From contig JAHLWZ010000868.1 in the NCBI GenBank assembly GCA_020536535.1, forward strand, positions 1 to 64,000: DNA of 64,000 bases, written 5' to 3'. Shown piece after piece: positions 60,727 to 64,000 of this stretch. The position numbers and the translations under genes were made by a program. Position 1 is the stretch's first letter. Each line of letters opens with the position of its first letter. A model generated the notes under the pieces. That model was not told where the DNA came from. It did no database searches and worked only from the letters and a program-made list of their open reading frames with translations. The stretch is from Pelomyxa schiedti (Eukaryota > Protista > Evosea).

Positions 60727-61177
60727 GGCGCGCGCTTGCTCTTGGTCCTCCCTCTTGTGTGGTGGTGGTGGTTTCTTTTGGTCTGGGGTTGGGGGGCGTT
60801 GTGGTTGCGTAGCAGCGCTCTGTGTTCGTTTTTCTTCTTCCAAGGAACTTAGGAAGGACCCGTTTGTTTTCTTCGAATTTTCGCTCGGTTTGGCTGTGCA
60901 CCGTTACCATTTTGGAAGAAGGTGCACGCAGGATTAGATCTAAGACCAAAGAACCTGAGGAGTGCTTGCTGGTCAAGCAAAAAAAAAAAAAAAACAAGTC
61001 AGTAAGCGTTATTTGCTTTCACGGTGCATCCAAGGCGATACTAACGGTTTGCCATCACGCTATGAAGGTGGAATAAAATAGAAAGGTGATGGGCTGGGAG
61101 GACTCTGGCTAATCCTACTTGTGGGATATTTGAAAAAGATCACTGTGGGGAAAAAAAAAAAGTGTTTTGCTCCGCAT

Positions 61178-62429
61178 TTAATCCTTCTTCTTGTTGAAGG
61201 AAGACAGTACCTTGGATACTACGCTGCTGATAATTTTCGTTAGCGGAGTGAATATCTTGTTTAGTGAAGTTAGCATAAGAGTTGGAAGCATTGACACGTA
61301 CTGGGAAGACTTTGGGCAGGCATGTTCCACTTGGTGTTGTCATTATTGACTCGTCGTGAGAGGAAGCTACAATGACAAACTGGAAAGCTATGACTTAAGG
61401 GGAAGGCAGAAAGAATTTGACACACGAAGGGGTAGCCCAGGGCGTACATCCCACAGTTAAGCAATAAGGGGAAGAAGAAGCACGTCGAAGTAAACGCCAA
61501 GCCTTCAAAGGAATAAGTACGAGATATAAGAGAATAGACACACCAAATCCTAAGAAGAACACCCAACGCTGCTCATACCTCCTTACTCGTTTAGCAAGGG
61601 ATGTTGAAGGATTTTGCGAGATCCACTTGATACTGGAGAAAAATTAGAGTAAGGAAGTACGGGCATCGTCATACTCAAAGCAAAGGAATGTATACACCCA
61701 AGACAACCAAAGAAAGTCAGCTATCCTGCCGACTACTGGAATGAACTCTAATACAATAGCCACGCACACGCATGTGCCATACAGTAAAGTTTTTACTGCA
61801 GAATCGGAAATGTCTTTTATTGGTCTGCGCACGAAACATCAGAGTGAGACGTGAGTCAATAACAGTAGTGACGCAACTGAAGTAGAGCTTTTTCTGAAAC
61901 TCTAGGCTGCACTAAATCCGGCATCATGGCGTCTAACCATGACCTAGTGATATACAAGGAGAATCCATACAGTGGCAAAATCCACAATGCCTGTCCATAT
62001 CTAAAGTGATCAAAACATCCCGAAAACCACGCCATAGAAGGAGACCACAAAAAAAAGAGAGAAAAGTACTCCAAAAGAAATAAACATACTCCTAGAAACA
62101 AGAATAACAAGAAGAAGAAAAAGTACCCTTGAAGCAGCAAACAGCGCCAATTTGAAAAAGAATGAACTCTCGGCCAAAGAGGGCATTACCTTTGGTGTTA
62201 TCCAGTATTCCAAAAGCAGATAAGATCCAACGAAAATGCACCCATTGTAAACAAGGCATTTTTGCAACTGCTTCCACACGTTGGGTTTGGTGATCGCGTG
62301 TCCCACAAGTTTGTCTACACGCAACGAGCACACGATGCCAGCGAGGAACAGTCCCACAATTCCACCCCACCCCGAGGTTGCTGGGTACAGAGTTTTCCGC
62401 GGTTGCTTCGTCACTTCCCCCGTCTCCAT
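61178..62429 (-). CDS. EI24: EI24 (etoposide-induced 2.4) family membrane protein
   Basis: KCLVYNG, LWILPLYGFSL, SWVYTFLCFE|YKW, RYEQRWVFFLGFG, GMYALGYP. Confidence 0.85.
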
Positions 62430-62515
62430 CTTTCTGTTTTTTATCGATTTTTGTTTTTCGTTGGTTTGTTTTCTGAAACGTTGATTCTATTATTTTCAGG
62501 ATGGCAAACAGTGTT

Positions 62516-64000
62516 TTAGGGTTGTGTGGGACCAAGGTAGCAAAATGGTAGGCATTCTTTTACAGAAGGAGGGAAACGAAATGCAGGACCAAAGTTGACT
62601 TTGACTTTGGCACCCATGTACAGGGATACAGCAGCATAGTATGTTCCTGTGTTGTTGGTCAGTGTTTCCTCAGAAAGTGAGGTGCGGCAGTAGAAGAAAC
62701 CAACCTTTGCCGATATCGGTAAAGGCATCCCCAAGATAATTGCCATTCAAGAAGAATCCAACACACCCATCAACAGCCTTTTCAACTGGTGCCATCTTCC
62801 CGACATATCCTGGAGGCTGGGGAGTAAAAATCTGGATGTATTGCGCATCCACCGGTGGGTCAGTGGTGGTTTCAGAAGGTGGAAGGTAAATGTAGACACC
62901 GATAACATCTCCCTGACCTGATTTCCGGTGTTATAATGAGGTTGGACTGGGAATGGGTATAAAACCGTATCCAGAAGCATAAGGAGCTGACCGGCTCTGG
63001 TGAAAAATTGCCCCATCAACATCTCTATATGAGTAACTGTAGTGATCATAACCTACGGGTGCTTGAATGTCTCCTTTTTCAGTTGATACACCTAATCTTT
63101 GTGTATTTAAGTTTGTTTTGGTGAGAAGAAAACGATTAGGGAAAACTGACATTTACCTAACGTGCCCTTGTTGGGTTGGGAGAATTTCTACTTCAAAAAA
63201 ATACGCACCCGAGCTCACACCAACATTGGAACGGGACATTCTATATCCCTGAGGTTTCTTAGACTTTCTTAGGCTAAAATGGAGCAACTTTTTCACCCTT
63301 GACAACATTTGAGCGAAAAATTTGCAGTTGAGGAGCTGTATTTTCTTTAGACATGAAAACGGCATCAGTTGGCTCAAAATCTTTGAATACATGAGAAAAC
63401 TGAAATCGGAGAATCGCTACCTGTAATTTCTTCACTCTTTTCTAGCTGTTGGAATGGTAGTTATTAAGGTTGCAGAAATGTGAAGCAAACCTCAAGATCC
63501 TTTTTTTTTTTCCTGGATTTTTGTGTGGTCATTGTGGATTCTAGGTCCAGTAAGTTTGTTGAGGTATCAAGCGTGGATGTGCTCCTAGAACTACGCCGGC
63601 GTGACACAGGTTCTGTATATTGGGTAATCTGGTTGCTAGTATCTCCAGTTTCCTGGTCCATTGGTGGGGGAGAAACTGCTGTAATGGGTGCCTCAATAGG
63701 CGTTTGGCCGCCATGCTCAATGGGTCCTGATCGAGCCCTTCGTTGTTTCTTTACAGGTCCGGGGCGAACCTAGGTGGAAGTTTCGTTGTATTTAAAGTCC
63801 AAGTTGATGTAATTTGCATACTTTTGTTCTTGCAAGCTGTGATTTTTCAAGTGGGGAATCTTTGACCATAAAAGGAGCGATAGAGGGGTCAATTAAAGCC
63901 CATAACTGACCTTTCAACTTCCATAAATTTAAAAGAAATTACTTGACACTACAAACTGGTACGGGGTGCTGTCGGGTCACCACTTCGAAACAGTTCAGTA
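62516..64000 (-). CDS. ASH2L: COMPASS subunit ASH2L/Bre2-like SPRY protein; 5' end uncertain or off-window
   Basis: GYRMSRSNVGV..GAYFFEV, HVR|LGVSTEKGDIQAPVGYDHYSYSYRDVDG..FHQS, GDVIG, YYAAVSLY, VNFGP.F. Confidence 0.88.

Noticed and set aside
1-64000. Alternative genetic code, stop-codon readthrough or a general RNA-editing system
   Set aside because: Almost all in-frame stops are removed by ordinary introns. The four single-base anomalies are of different types, which fits assembly error better than one editing mechanism.

Overview
This is a gene-dense eukaryotic nuclear window with about 30 protein-coding genes in 64 kb. Introns are many and short (mostly ~40-55 nt, GT-AG, often with a CTAAC/CTAAT-like branch point), intergenic spacers are 100-400 bp, and gene 5' ends are GC-rich. 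The standard genetic code fits every model. The architecture suggests an amoebozoan protist, possibly an archamoeba such as Pelomyxa (inference, not verified). I built the gene models by hand-splicing, so exon boundaries are approximate unless stated. Recognisable genes: NIP7, PPWD1, SmD3, eS26, TFIIIA, ASH2L, EI24, a CLC, kinesin-6, a Rab, cathepsin B, an EXD1-like exonuclease, a Wee1/Myt1-like kinase, a cyclin and an FG-nucleoporin. Several intron-containing genes are bacterial-type (MBL hydrolase, erythromycin-esterase family, phosphoesterase, SDR). Main points of interest: (1) a small secreted protein with Hedgehog-N/M15 DD-peptidase zinc-site spacing, near other bacterial-type hydrolases; (2) a CLC with Ser_cen, Glu_in and Tyr_cen all substituted; (3) 6-16 nt micro-exons carrying conserved or catalytic residues, one of which hides an E2F/DP-like factor; (4) single-base anomalies (ACG start, GA-AG intron, two frame breaks) that are either assembly errors or non-canonical processing; (5) a structured intergenic ncRNA candidate. 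No tRNA, rRNA, CRISPR array or recognisable transposon was seen.
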